DNA of 64,000 bases from an uncultured Bacilli bacterium (GTDB lineage: Bacteria; Bacillota_I; Bacilli_A; RF39; UBA660): NCBI GenBank assembly GCA_934090935.1, contig CAKOKD010000001.1:290571-354570 (forward strand), given 5' to 3'. Shown one piece after another: positions 46,806-56,405 of this stretch (its first letter is position 1; each line of letters begins with the position of its first letter). Position numbers and translations under genes: made by a program. The notes under the pieces were generated by a model. That model saw only the letters and a list, made by a program, of their open reading frames with translations, was not told the DNA's origin and did no database searches.

Positions 46806-48437
46806 ATGAAAAAGAATAGTTTTTTAGAAGGAACAATTATTGCAACCATGGCAATAGTTTTTGTAAAAATTTTAGGAATGCTTTATGTAATTCCCTTTTA
46901 TTCGATTGTTGGTTCAAGAGGAGGAGCTTTATATAGTTATGCTTATAACATATATTTGATTTTTTTAGGCATATCGAGTGCTGGGCTACCTAGTGCAATA
47001 AGTAAAATCATAAGTGAATATAACGCTTTAGGCAATAAAGATGCTAAAAATATTGCTTATAATCAAGCAAAAAAAATCATATTTATATTTGCTGGTCTAT
47101 CGTTTCTTTTATTGTTTTTCTTTGCTGAAGAAATTGCTGGATTCATTATAGGAGATTTGAGTGGGGGAAATACGATTACTGATGTCGCTTTTGTAATACG
47201 AGCTGTGTCTCCAGCGATTTTAGTTGTTCCTTTTTTGAGCATCACTAAAGGATATTTACAGGGGCATAAGTATGTAAGTCCTTCTTCAATCAGTCAACTT
47301 ATTGAACAAATAGTTAGAATTGCTGTTATTTTAATCGGTTCATATTTAGTTATCAAAGTCTTTAATGGAAGTGTTTCTCTTGCAGTAGGCATTTCGGTTT
47401 TTGGAGCTTTTGTAGGTGGCTTGTGTGCTTATTTATACTTAAAACATGTGATAAATAAAAACAAGGAATTATTAGAAATAGAAGAAAATGTAAAAGATGA
47501 TGATAAATTAAAAAAAGAGATAACGAGGAAAATCATCAAATATTCTGTACCATTTATCATAATCAACATTATTACCAATTTATATAATTTTACGGATCAA
47601 ATTTTAGTTTTAAGAACTTTAGAGTATTTGAAATTGGACACTGCTACTATTGAATTTGCTGCCAGTGCGATAAGCACATGGGCTCCAAAAATTAATATGA
47701 TTATAAATGCAATGGCGATGGGAATGACTATAAGTTTGATTCCAACGATTGTAAGTGCTTATACTAAAAAGGATATGGATGAGGTCAGCGATAAAATCAA
47801 TAGATCGTTATCCTTAGTTTTCTTTATATCCTTGCCGCTTTCTGTTGGAATTTGTTTGCTTAGAGTTCCTGTTTGGCAAATATTTTATAATTCTAATAGC
47901 TTTGGATATATGATATTAGGATTGTCTGTTTTCTCAGCTTTATGTGCAAATATGTATATGATTTTGTCAACTATATGTCAAAGTTTAAACAAATTCAAAC
48001 TAGTATATTTAGTCAGTTTAAGCGGGTTTTTAACAAATGCTTTTTTGGATGTTCCGATTATGATATTATTCAGTAAAATAAATATACCGGCATTTTTAGG
48101 AAGTATAGTTTCAAGTATTATTGGATTTTCAATAAGTGTAATTGTTGGAATATCTTCTTTACATAGAAGTGAAGGAATAAGCTTTGGATTTACATTAAAA
48201 AATATGTTTAAGTCTTTAGTACCTGTAGGTGCGATGTCTTTAGTTTTAATCCTTATTGATAAGTTCTTTGTTATAAGCAATAATTTTATACATATCTTTA
48301 TATTTGCTTTAATAGGTGGATTTATTTATATATATCTATCCTATAAAATGCATATATTAAATGATTTATTTGGACGTGAGGGATTAAATAGAATCATAAA
48401 AAAACTTACCTTAGGTAAGTTTGAAATAAAGAATTAA
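46806..48437 (+). CDS. MOP-superfamily flippase (SpoVB/MurJ/Wzx-like polysaccharide biosynthesis protein)
   Basis: About 14 TM helices; GMLYVIPFY...GGALYSYAYNIY N-terminus typical of the SpoVB/YtgP family. Confidence 0.7.
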   Translation: MKKNSFLEGTIIATMAIVFVKILGMLYVIPFYSIVGSRGGALYSYAYNIYLIFLGISSAGLPSAISKIISEYNALGNKDAKNIAYNQAKKIIFIFAGLSFLLLFFFAEEIAGFIIGDLSGGNTITDVAFVIRAVSPAILVVPFLSITKGYLQGHKYVSPSSISQLIEQIVRIAVILIGSYLVIKVFNGSVSLAVGISVFGAFVGGLCAYLYLKHVINKNKELLEIEENVKDDDKLKKEITRKIIKYSVPFIIINIITNLYNFTDQILVLRTLEYLKLDTATIEFAASAISTWAPKINMIINAMAMGMTISLIPTIVSAYTKKDMDEVSDKINRSLSLVFFISLPLSVGICLLRVPVWQIFYNSNSFGYMILGLSVFSALCANMYMILSTICQSLNKFKLVYLVSLSGFLTNAFLDVPIMILFSKINIPAFLGSIVSSIIGFSISVIVGISSLHRSEGISFGFTLKNMFKSLVPVGAMSLVLILIDKFFVISNNFIHIFIFALIGGFIYIYLSYKMHILNDLFGREGLNRIIKKLTLGKFEIKN

Positions 48438-48727
48438 ACCATATACATTGAATTAGCGAAATTGAAATCTGTTTGAGAATTGTTAGCAGTTGATTTAACT
48501 AAATTGTTTTCTAAATTAGAAATGCGTTGATCAAGTCTTGATATCTCTCTTTCGATTTTGCTCAATCTTGAATCGATATCATCATATATAGAATTTGTAT
48601 TAGTGTATTGTGGTTGCATATTCGTGTTTGCCATATTAGGCATCATCATATTCGTATTCATTTGTGGATTTGTTTGATAACCGTATGAACCGAATTGAGA
48701 AAAAAAGCTATTTCTGTCTTTTTTCAT
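48434..48727 (-). CDS. hypothetical Met/Asn/Gln-rich protein with a C-terminal coiled coil
   Basis: GGGAGTGA RBS before MKKDRNSFF...; the track start at 48775 lacks an RBS. Confidence 0.45.
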   Translation of the reverse strand: MKKDRNSFFSQFGSYGYQTNPQMNTNMMMPNMANTNMQPQYTNTNSIYDDIDSRLSKIEREISRLDQRISNLENNLVKSTANNSQTDFNFANSMYMV

Positions 48728-48789
48728 ATAATCACTCCCTAGTGTATTATATGTTTTTAGAGATAAATGTTTCATTTGGAGGAAGTTTT

Positions 48790-49422
48790 ATGAGATTAAG
48801 AAATGTAAAAAATGCAGTTGATATAGTAAATAACAGCAGATATGTTATAGGAGAACCAAAAAAAATGATTGGTCACTTTAAAGAGATGTTTGGAAATGAT
48901 CATGAAATACATTTGGAGATCGGAATGGGTAAAGGAGACTTTATTATCGGTAATGCGTTAAAATACCCTGATATCAATTTCATCGGTGTTGAAAAGTATG
49001 AATCGGTGCTTGTTCGAGCAATACAAAAACTTGATGATATGGATATTCCTAATCTAAGACTTATAAGATGTGATGCGATTGAAATAAACAAGATATTTGA
49101 TAAAGAAATAAATACGTTGTATCTAAACTTTTCTGATCCTTGGCCAAAAAAGAAACATGCCAAAAGAAGATTAACGTCTCCTCAATTTTTAAGCCTTTAT
49201 GACGATATTTTTGAAAATCTACCACGAATTATACAAAAAACGGATAATATTGGTCTATTCGCATATTCACTTATGTCTCTTTCAAATTATGGATATACCT
49301 TTGAAAAAGTATCTTTAGATTTAGAAAATGAAGACATCGATAATGTTAAAACAGAATATGAGAAAAAATTTACTGCTCAAAATATTAAAATAAATTATCT
49401 TAATGCTGTAAAGAAGAAATAA
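48790..49422 (+). CDS. trmB: tRNA (guanine46-N7)-methyltransferase
   Basis: LEIGMGKGDF...GVEKYESV...NFSDPWPKKKHAKRRL. Confidence 0.85.
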   Translation: MRLRNVKNAVDIVNNSRYVIGEPKKMIGHFKEMFGNDHEIHLEIGMGKGDFIIGNALKYPDINFIGVEKYESVLVRAIQKLDDMDIPNLRLIRCDAIEINKIFDKEINTLYLNFSDPWPKKKHAKRRLTSPQFLSLYDDIFENLPRIIQKTDNIGLFAYSLMSLSNYGYTFEKVSLDLENEDIDNVKTEYEKKFTAQNIKINYLNAVKKK

Positions 49423-49532
49423 TTTGAATGTAAGTAAAGTAAAGTATGTTATAATTAACATAGTAGGAGTGGTAAATAGTATTTTAAATTTAAATATAAT
49501 TTGTTATAATATCAATATAAAGGAATGTTTTT

Positions 49533-50183
49533 ATGAAGAAAATATTGGTAATTGTTTTATTGACTTTGTTTATTACTACAGGATGTTCATCATGTATCAA
49601 TGTAAAAAAATCAACTATTGATCAAGTAATAGATAGCAGTTTGAATTCGAAGTTTAATCTCACAAATCACATTAATAAAGGATTTAAGTATTATCTTCCA
49701 AAGAATTTAAGCATTACAAAGTTAGATGAAACGAATGAGATAATCAAATATAAAAATTATGAGTACTATTTATATGTGGATTTAGTTAGTTATTATAATA
49801 AGAAAGACTTATCTTACAATGTAGATGAATCTGCAAAATATTCACGTCTCTTATTAAATGGTGAAAACAAAGGAATAGTTTCAATATATGATAATGGTGA
49901 TGAATGTTTTATAAGCGTTGATTATAAATATGCTAGAATTGAAACTAAAGTTAATTCACTGGATATAAACGAGAATATGGCTAATATAATGGTTATTCTT
50001 TCAAGTTTAAAATATAACGATGATGTTATAAAAAATATTCTTACAAATGATAAAAAGGTTGAAGATGATGAAGTCGTTGAAGTTTTTGATAACAAAAAGA
50101 ATGAAAGCACTTCACTTGATGTAGAGGAACCTGAATATACTGGAAATGAAGAAGAGGATTACGATCCTGATGTTATTAATTAG
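49533..50183 (+). CDS. hypothetical lipoprotein
   Basis: Lipobox LFITTGCSS. Confidence 0.55.
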   Translation: MKKILVIVLLTLFITTGCSSCINVKKSTIDQVIDSSLNSKFNLTNHINKGFKYYLPKNLSITKLDETNEIIKYKNYEYYLYVDLVSYYNKKDLSYNVDESAKYSRLLLNGENKGIVSIYDNGDECFISVDYKYARIETKVNSLDINENMANIMVILSSLKYNDDVIKNILTNDKKVEDDEVVEVFDNKKNESTSLDVEEPEYTGNEEEDYDPDVIN

Positions 50184-50198
50184 AGGAGATGAATTACC

Positions 50199-51110
50199 AT
50201 GGGTTTAATGGATAAAGTAAAGAAAATTTTGTTTGATGAGGATGAAATAGAAGTTCCTGTAAAAAGTGATGAACTACCAAAAAGAGAAGTGAAAAAAGAA
50301 AGTTTTCCTTCTAGAGGATCATTTATCAATCATCATGAAGAGGTAGAAGAAGAAAATCCAATAAAAGAAGTTATCGTTCCAAAGGAAAAAGAAGAGGTAC
50401 ATGAAGAAGTAGAGATAAAGAAAAATTTTAACTTTGCGGATGATGATGACTTTGATTATTTGCCTAAAAGAGCGAATGAAAAAAGTGAAGTACATGAGGA
50501 AGTTAAAAGTCGAATCGATATGTACAACGTATATGATGAATATAAAAGAAAAGAAAGTACTCCAACTAAAACTTTTCATGCCGGTCTTCAAGAGAACAAA
50601 GATTATAAAAAGATTATAAAGGATGAAGAACCAAGTAAGGAGAAAAGGCCTTTTAAGGTAACTCCAGTTATATCTCCAGTTTATGGTATTATTGATGAGA
50701 CAAAAGTGGAGAAAACCATTGAAAAGAAAGTGGAGTTTTCTCCAGTAAGAAATTTTGGACCTGTTAGTTATACTGATGAAAAAGTTCCAAAATTTGAAGA
50801 AAAAGAAGAAGTGGTTATACCGGAGAAAATAGAAATAACTGATGATGAAATTCAAACTTCAGGTATAGAAAATGATTATTTGGACAATAATAATATTGAG
50901 GAGTCATTTGAGTCAACTTCCGAATATGAAAAAATAAATCGTGAAGATGCATTAGAGCATGATGATTTTCAGTATACTCCTCAAAAAAATGAGATAAGTG
51001 AAGAAGAAAAACATGAAAATGAAAAGCTAGAGGATACAATTGAAACTGACCTTTTTAATCTTATTGATTCGATGTATAAGGATGATGAAGAATCAGGAGA
51101 TGAAGACTAA
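50199..51110 (+). CDS. hypothetical acidic Glu/Lys-rich protein
   Basis: GAGGAGA RBS; low-complexity E-rich sequence. Confidence 0.5.
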   Translation: MGLMDKVKKILFDEDEIEVPVKSDELPKREVKKESFPSRGSFINHHEEVEEENPIKEVIVPKEKEEVHEEVEIKKNFNFADDDDFDYLPKRANEKSEVHEEVKSRIDMYNVYDEYKRKESTPTKTFHAGLQENKDYKKIIKDEEPSKEKRPFKVTPVISPVYGIIDETKVEKTIEKKVEFSPVRNFGPVSYTDEKVPKFEEKEEVVIPEKIEITDDEIQTSGIENDYLDNNNIEESFESTSEYEKINREDALEHDDFQYTPQKNEISEEEKHENEKLEDTIETDLFNLIDSMYKDDEESGDED

Positions 51111-51409
51111 TGGATGTTTTAAATACAGTGCTTCCAATAGTAGTAAATATACTTTTAATAGTTTTGCTTGTTGTAAGTATTATATTGGTGATAAAATGCA
51201 TATATCTTATTAACAAAGCAAAAAGTATAGTTTCAAATGTAGAACAAAAAGTGAACAGTTTAAATGGAATATTCAATGTTATGAATATCGTCAGTGATAA
51301 AGTTGAGGCTATATCAATGTCGGTTGTTAATTTTTTTGAAGGATTGCTGATGAAATTCATAAAAAAAGATAAAGATGAAGAGAGGAATGAAAGTGATGAA
51401 GAAGAGTAA
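51110..51409 (+). CDS. DUF948/YtxG-like small membrane protein
   Basis: N-terminal TM then amphipathic region; followed by a YtxH-like gene, as in the B. subtilis ytxG-ytxH arrangement. Confidence 0.45.
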   Translation: MDVLNTVLPIVVNILLIVLLVVSIILVIKCIYLINKAKSIVSNVEQKVNSLNGIFNVMNIVSDKVEAISMSVVNFFEGLLMKFIKKDKDEERNESDEEE

Positions 51410-51791
51410 ATTAGGAGCTTTAATGGTAGGTGTTGGAATAGGAGCTGCAGCAGGAATGTTACTTGCACCTAAAAGTGGAGAAGAAACTAGAAAAGACATC
51501 AAAAATAAAGCTAAAAAATTAGGTAAAAAAGTAAAAGATATCGATCTTAATGAGGTTAAAGAAAACCTTGTAAAAGAATTTGATAAATTTAAAAATGAAA
51601 TGAAAGATATGGATAAAGAGAAAGCAATGCGTCTTGCTAAAGAACAAGGAACTAAGCTTTTAAATAGTTGTGAAGATTTGATAAATGCAGCTAAAGAAAA
51701 AAGTGCACCAATGATTGAAAAAACGGCTAAAGATATAAAGAAAAAATTATCTGAGATATTAGCTGATGCTTCAAATAAATTAAGCGAATAG
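51396..51791 (+). CDS. YtxH-like protein
   Basis: MKKSKLGALMVGVGIGAAAGMLLAPKSGEETRKDIKNKAKKLGKK is the YtxH-family signature N-terminus; GAGGAA RBS. Confidence 0.65.
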   Translation: MKKSKLGALMVGVGIGAAAGMLLAPKSGEETRKDIKNKAKKLGKKVKDIDLNEVKENLVKEFDKFKNEMKDMDKEKAMRLAKEQGTKLLNSCEDLINAAKEKSAPMIEKTAKDIKKKLSEILADASNKLSE

Positions 51792-51865
51792 AGATAAATT
51801 AAGCAACAATTTGTTGCTTTTTTAGTTGCTAAAAAGTATAATAACTATAGAATAGGAAGGTTAAT

Positions 51866-52687
51866 ATGAAGGATGAAATAATTGATTTAGATGAAAATAA
51901 AGATGTCGATAATACATTTGTCATTGACTTAAATTCTGATAATAATTCTTTAAGTGATGAATTAACTAATGAAACCAATAGTGGTTTAAATGATACTAAA
52001 AAGAGCAAGAAAAAAGTCCCAATATTAACATTTAAGCATATAAAAAATGTTCCTAAGAATGTTTTTATTATTGGAAGTATTGTTTTCTTTGTTGTTGGAT
52101 TGTTTATGGGCAAAGTGTTTTTTTCAAAGAATTATTGTTCAGTTCCAACAAAAAAAACGCTTGAGAATAAACTTTTTGTAGCTGATGGAAAAAACAATAT
52201 CACAGAAGTGAGTGGATTAAAATATAAAATACCTACATCATATATATATGATAAATCGGATGGATATCTTATTGTTTATGATAAAGATGGAGCTTATAAG
52301 GTTTCAATAAAGAATGTAAGTGGAGATTATGATACTCTTGCATTATCCAAAGTTTCTATTAAAGAAAGCATAAAAGAACAAGGATTTATTGTAAATGATA
52401 TAAGAGAGCTTGTGGTTAATAATAATAACTATATTGTTGTTGATATAACGGATAATACTTTAAACCACTTAATAGCTTTTACGGGATTTTTAGATAGTGT
52501 CTTTTATGTTGATATAGTTACATCTAGTAATGAGATAGATACAAGTATTTTAAATGTTTCAGATGATATCATAAGAAATGCTGAAAAGATTGATAAAACT
52601 AATTCTTTAGAAAGCATTAGAGGTGTTGATGTAACGGATATATCGATGAAAGCAGCATTGGAATATAAAAAAGCGACTGGCAATTAA
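51866..52687 (+). CDS. hypothetical membrane-anchored protein
   Basis: TM IIGSIVFFVVGLFMGKVFF. Confidence 0.45.
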   Translation: MKDEIIDLDENKDVDNTFVIDLNSDNNSLSDELTNETNSGLNDTKKSKKKVPILTFKHIKNVPKNVFIIGSIVFFVVGLFMGKVFFSKNYCSVPTKKTLENKLFVADGKNNITEVSGLKYKIPTSYIYDKSDGYLIVYDKDGAYKVSIKNVSGDYDTLALSKVSIKESIKEQGFIVNDIRELVVNNNNYIVVDITDNTLNHLIAFTGFLDSVFYVDIVTSSNEIDTSILNVSDDIIRNAEKIDKTNSLESIRGVDVTDISMKAALEYKKATGN

Positions 52688-52693
52688 TTTATG

Positions 52694-52722
52694 TTGACTT
52701 AAAATAAAAAGTTGTATATAAT
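52694..52722 (+). promoter_or_regulatory. sigma-A-type promoter TTGACT-17-TATAAT of the tyrS operon leader
   Basis: TTGACT 52694-52699, TATAAT 52717-52722. Confidence 0.55.
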
Positions 52723-52729
52723 TTATTTA

Positions 52730-52872
52730 ATTGATGTTGATGAAGAGTTACGCCTTTGGAGTCAAATCGTATTATTCGCGTTAAGAATTATAGAGAGTAT
52801 GAGCAATCATAAATTAAGGTGGTACCACGGAGTTATTCGTCCTTAAGTAGTGATTGCTTTTTTGGTGGTGTT
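52730..52872 (+). promoter_or_regulatory. T-box riboswitch leader (tyrS operon)
   Basis: T-box sequence AAATTAAGGTGGTACCACGG at 52811-52830 followed by a U-run at about 52856-52861. Confidence 0.6.
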
Positions 52873-52876
52873 TGGT

Positions 52877-53506
52877 ATGTTAAAGAGAATTATTTTTGAT
52901 ATTGATGGAACTTTAATCGATAAAGTGGATTTCAATGAATTGGTTAAAATTGAACTTTCTGCTTTTGGTTATGAATATGATGAAATTCAATTATCCAATT
53001 ATTTATATGCTATGAATACTTATGAAAGTGAATTTATAAGGTATAATTTCAAGGATTATTTTGACTATATAAGGGAGTTAAGCAAAATAGATATAAGTAA
53101 GGAGTATATGAAAAAGTTTTTGGAAGATGCTGGTAAATTTGTTCCAGGTTATGTTCATCCTGATGTTATTTTAACTCTTCAATATCTAAAGAAAAAATAT
53201 GAACTTGTAGTTCTAACCAATTTTTTTAGATGTGTTCAATATTCGCGTTTGAAAAATTCTGGGATTCATGAATTCTTTGATGAATTTTATGGTGGGGATT
53301 TAGCGATCAAACCGATGAGTGAAGCATACGAATATGCAATAGGAAATAGAAAGAAAAGTGAATGTATGATGATTGGAGATTCTAAATCATTAGATTATGA
53401 AGGTGCAATCTGTTATGGTATGGATGCTCTTCTCTTTGATAGGGATTTAGAATATCAATCAGAAACAAAGATAAACAATTTTCATGAATTAAGAAAGAGA
53501 TTTTAA
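52877..53506 (+). CDS. HAD-superfamily hydrolase, first gene of the T-box-controlled operon
   Basis: MLKRIIFDIDGTLID (HAD motif I DxDGT); the track's GTG start at 52850 lies inside the leader. Confidence 0.7.
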   Translation: MLKRIIFDIDGTLIDKVDFNELVKIELSAFGYEYDEIQLSNYLYAMNTYESEFIRYNFKDYFDYIRELSKIDISKEYMKKFLEDAGKFVPGYVHPDVILTLQYLKKKYELVVLTNFFRCVQYSRLKNSGIHEFFDEFYGGDLAIKPMSEAYEYAIGNRKKSECMMIGDSKSLDYEGAICYGMDALLFDRDLEYQSETKINNFHELRKRF

Positions 53507-53518
53507 GGAGGAAAAAAT

Positions 53519-54745
53519 ATGAAATGTTTTGAAGATTTACAATGGAGAGGATTGATTAAGGATATATCAAGTCCTGAGCTTGAGGATAAATTAAACAATG
53601 AAAAGCTTACCTTTTATATAGGAACAGATCCAACTGCTGATTCAATGCATATTGGACACTTTTCAAGCTTTTTAATCGCGACTCGTTTGGCTAAATATGG
53701 TCATAAGCCAATTTTACTTGTTGGAGGAGCAACTGGACTTATAGGTGATCCTAAACCTAGCCAAGAAAGAAAAATGATAACTCGAGAAGAGGTTAATAAA
53801 AATGTAGAGGGATTAACTAAACAAGCTCATGATATATTCGGTTTTGAGGTTGTTAATAATTATGATTGGATTAAAGATATAAGCGTTATTGATTTTTTAA
53901 GAGATTATGGAAAATATATCAATGTTAACTATATGTTGGATAAAGATATAATCAAAAGAAGACTTGAAAGTGGAATTACTTTCTGTGAGTTTGCTTATAC
54001 TCTTTTACAAGGTCTTGACTTCGTTACTTTAAATAAAAATCATGGAGTAACTTTACAAGTTGCTGGATCTGATCAATGGGGAAATATCACAACTGGAATT
54101 GAACTTTCTCGTAAAATGGAAGGCCCAGAGCTTTTCGGTATGACAATGCCTCTTGTATTGGATGCTAATGGAGTTAAATTTGGTAAAACTGAAGGTAATG
54201 CTTTATGGCTTGATAAGAATAAAACATCATCTTATGAGTTATTTCAATATTTGATAAATTCCGATGATAACTGTGTAATCGATTACTTAAAGAAACTTAC
54301 ATTCTTGAGCAAAGAGGAAATTGAAAAAATTGAAGAGGAACAAAAAAGATGTCCAGAGGAAAGAATTGCTCAACATGCGCTTGCTCGTGAAGTTATAACT
54401 TTCTTACATGGAGAAGATGAATATAATAAAGCTTTGAAGATCAGCAAAGATTTATTCAGTGGAAATATTAAAGATTTAACAATTGATGAAATTCGTGATG
54501 GATTTAAAGATGTTCCTAGTTTTGATATAAAAGAGGAAGTATCTCTTATTGATTTGCTTATAAATAACAATATAGCTTCAAGTAAAAGAGAAGCAAGGGA
54601 ATTCATAAATGCAGGAAGTATTTCAATTAATGGAGATAAAATTTGTGATGAAAACTATTTAATAAACGAAAGTGTAGCTATAAATGGTGAAGTAGTTGTT
54701 ATAAGAAGAGGAAAGAAAAAATATTACTTAGGTATTTTTAAATAG
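53519..54745 (+). CDS. tyrS: tyrosyl-tRNA synthetase
   Basis: GTDPTADSMHIGH (HIGH) and KFGKTEGN (KMSKS-type); C-terminal S4-like domain. Confidence 0.92.
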   Translation: MKCFEDLQWRGLIKDISSPELEDKLNNEKLTFYIGTDPTADSMHIGHFSSFLIATRLAKYGHKPILLVGGATGLIGDPKPSQERKMITREEVNKNVEGLTKQAHDIFGFEVVNNYDWIKDISVIDFLRDYGKYINVNYMLDKDIIKRRLESGITFCEFAYTLLQGLDFVTLNKNHGVTLQVAGSDQWGNITTGIELSRKMEGPELFGMTMPLVLDANGVKFGKTEGNALWLDKNKTSSYELFQYLINSDDNCVIDYLKKLTFLSKEEIEKIEEEQKRCPEERIAQHALAREVITFLHGEDEYNKALKISKDLFSGNIKDLTIDEIRDGFKDVPSFDIKEEVSLIDLLINNNIASSKREAREFINAGSISINGDKICDENYLINESVAINGEVVVIRRGKKKYYLGIFK

Positions 54746-54787
54746 AACAATATATTCCTTAAAGTAATGGTATAAAAGTATAAAAAA

Positions 54788-54813
54788 AGATCATTTCAAT
54801 TTTGAAATGGTCT
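54788..54813. terminator. bidirectional terminator hairpin between tyrS and the minus-strand EIIB-like gene
   Basis: AGATCATTTCAATTTTGAAATGGTCT with flanking A/T runs. Confidence 0.55.
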
Positions 54814-55135
54814 ATTTTAATTCATTGATATATTTTTTTAATGTTCTAGCATCGTTTCCAAAAATTATTTTTAATTGATTATCAATTTCAACAATTCCTT
54901 TAGCTCCTAATTTTTGTATTCCTTCTTTATCAACCTTTGAGATATCCTTTAAAGTTACTTTAAATCTTGACATGTTTACTTTAGTATCCAAGATGTTATC
55001 TTTACCACCTAAGTATTGCACTAGTTTATTAATCTCTAGATTAAAGTTTTTATGATTTAGTTTAACTATAACTAAAGATATAATAATTAAAACAACTGCA
55101 ATAATTCCATATTGCATCAAATGCATTAAATTCAT
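54812..55135 (-). CDS. membrane-anchored PTS EIIB-like domain protein lacking the phospho-cysteine
   Basis: TM then LGGKDNI...VNMSRFKVTLKD...GAKGIVEIDNQLKIIFG: EIIB (glucose-type) fold motifs, but Ser replaces the catalytic Cys. Confidence 0.5.
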   Translation of the reverse strand: MNLMHLMQYGIIAVVLIIISLVIVKLNHKNFNLEINKLVQYLGGKDNILDTKVNMSRFKVTLKDISKVDKEGIQKLGAKGIVEIDNQLKIIFGNDARTLKKYINELK

Positions 55136-55233
55136 ATATTAATCACCAAAACAATAATACTATAAAATAAATAAAAAAGCAATTGTTGAAAAAAAGTTAA
55201 AATAAATATATAATTTTACTAGGACGTGATGAT

Positions 55234-56022
55234 ATGAAAAAAATAATTTATAGAATTCTTGCTTATATGATAGATATCGCGATTGTTACTCTTTTAACTA
55301 TTGGATTTATGTATCTACCATTTAATAAATCTAATAATGAAAAAGTTGGATCTATATATGTAAATATCTCAACAAATGAACTTGAATATGAAACTTTAAC
55401 CAATAAACTGAATACTTACTATGAAGATGCTAAATTTAGTGAAGATGAGTTAAAGGATATCGAAACTGATTTTCCAGCTTATTATAATTGTTTTAAAGAT
55501 ATAAAAGCAGAAGAGGAAGTAACTAATGAAATAAAAAGTGATTTAGAAAAAAATCTAAAGATGAATTATGTTGATATAAAAAATGATTATGCTTATCAAA
55601 TAAATAAATTAAATGTAAATGAGACAATCGTTGGATTTGTTTTTTACATCTTGTATTTTGGAGTATTGCAATATTTCTTGAAAGGTCAAACTTTAGGTAA
55701 AAAAATATTTAAGTTAAAAGTTAAAGGTATAAATGATAAAAAATTATCTATATTTAATTATATCTTAAGAAGTGTATTGGTATGTGAAATACTTGTTACT
55801 GGAATAGATTTAATTTTCTTGCTTACTATGAAAGAAAGCTTGTATATAGATTGTAATTATTGGATTTTACAAGTTAAGTACATATATGAAATAGGATTTA
55901 TAGTTGTGATGATTATAAGAGATGATGCGAGAAGTGTACATGATTTAATATTAGGTACTGAAGTTGTTAGATTAGAAAAGAATTCTTTAAAAGATGAAAA
56001 AAATACTGATAAAGCTAATTAA
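55234..56022 (+). CDS. RDD-family membrane protein
   Basis: YRILAYMIDIAIV N-terminus and multiple TMs. Confidence 0.5.
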   Translation: MKKIIYRILAYMIDIAIVTLLTIGFMYLPFNKSNNEKVGSIYVNISTNELEYETLTNKLNTYYEDAKFSEDELKDIETDFPAYYNCFKDIKAEEEVTNEIKSDLEKNLKMNYVDIKNDYAYQINKLNVNETIVGFVFYILYFGVLQYFLKGQTLGKKIFKLKVKGINDKKLSIFNYILRSVLVCEILVTGIDLIFLLTMKESLYIDCNYWILQVKYIYEIGFIVVMIIRDDARSVHDLILGTEVVRLEKNSLKDEKNTDKAN

Positions 56023-56200
56023 AATGTATCAAAAGACACCATTTAGAAGTCATTCTAATTGTAAATTTATACCTAGTTGTTCAAATTATGCAATAGAGGC
56101 AATCAATAAATATGGAGCGTTTAAAGGAACTTTTTTAGCTGTTAAACGAATAGTTAGATGTAACCCATTTTCTAAGGGTGGAATTGATAATGTAAAGTGA
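55994..56200 (+). CDS. yidD: membrane protein insertion efficiency factor YidD
   Basis: LIKMYQKTPFRSHSNCKFIPSCSNYAIEAI, the YidD signature. Confidence 0.8.
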   Translation: MKKILIKLIKMYQKTPFRSHSNCKFIPSCSNYAIEAINKYGAFKGTFLAVKRIVRCNPFSKGGIDNVK

Positions 56201-56240
56201 TATCTTTGATATTGCTTTTTTTATATATTTAATTTATTTA

Positions 56241-56353
56241 CACATAATAAAAATGAATATACAAAACACAACTAAAATGTTGTATAATATAAGAAACAAT
56301 AGGAGAATAAAATAAAAAAGACGACAAAAGTAATGTAAAACAAAATAATGCCC
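56241..56353 (+). promoter_or_regulatory. conserved AT-rich leader (copy of the 33896-34010 region)
   Basis: See 33896 entry. Confidence 0.45.
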
Positions 56354-56388
56354 TTGAAAATCGGGGGGGGTATTATAAAATAAAAATA
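56354..56388 (+). promoter_or_regulatory. family promoter with a G8 homopolymer (TTGAAA-atc-G8-TATTATAAAATA)
   Basis: G-run at 56363-56370. Confidence 0.6.
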
Positions 56389-56405
56389 GATGAGGTGTGT
56401 TTAAG

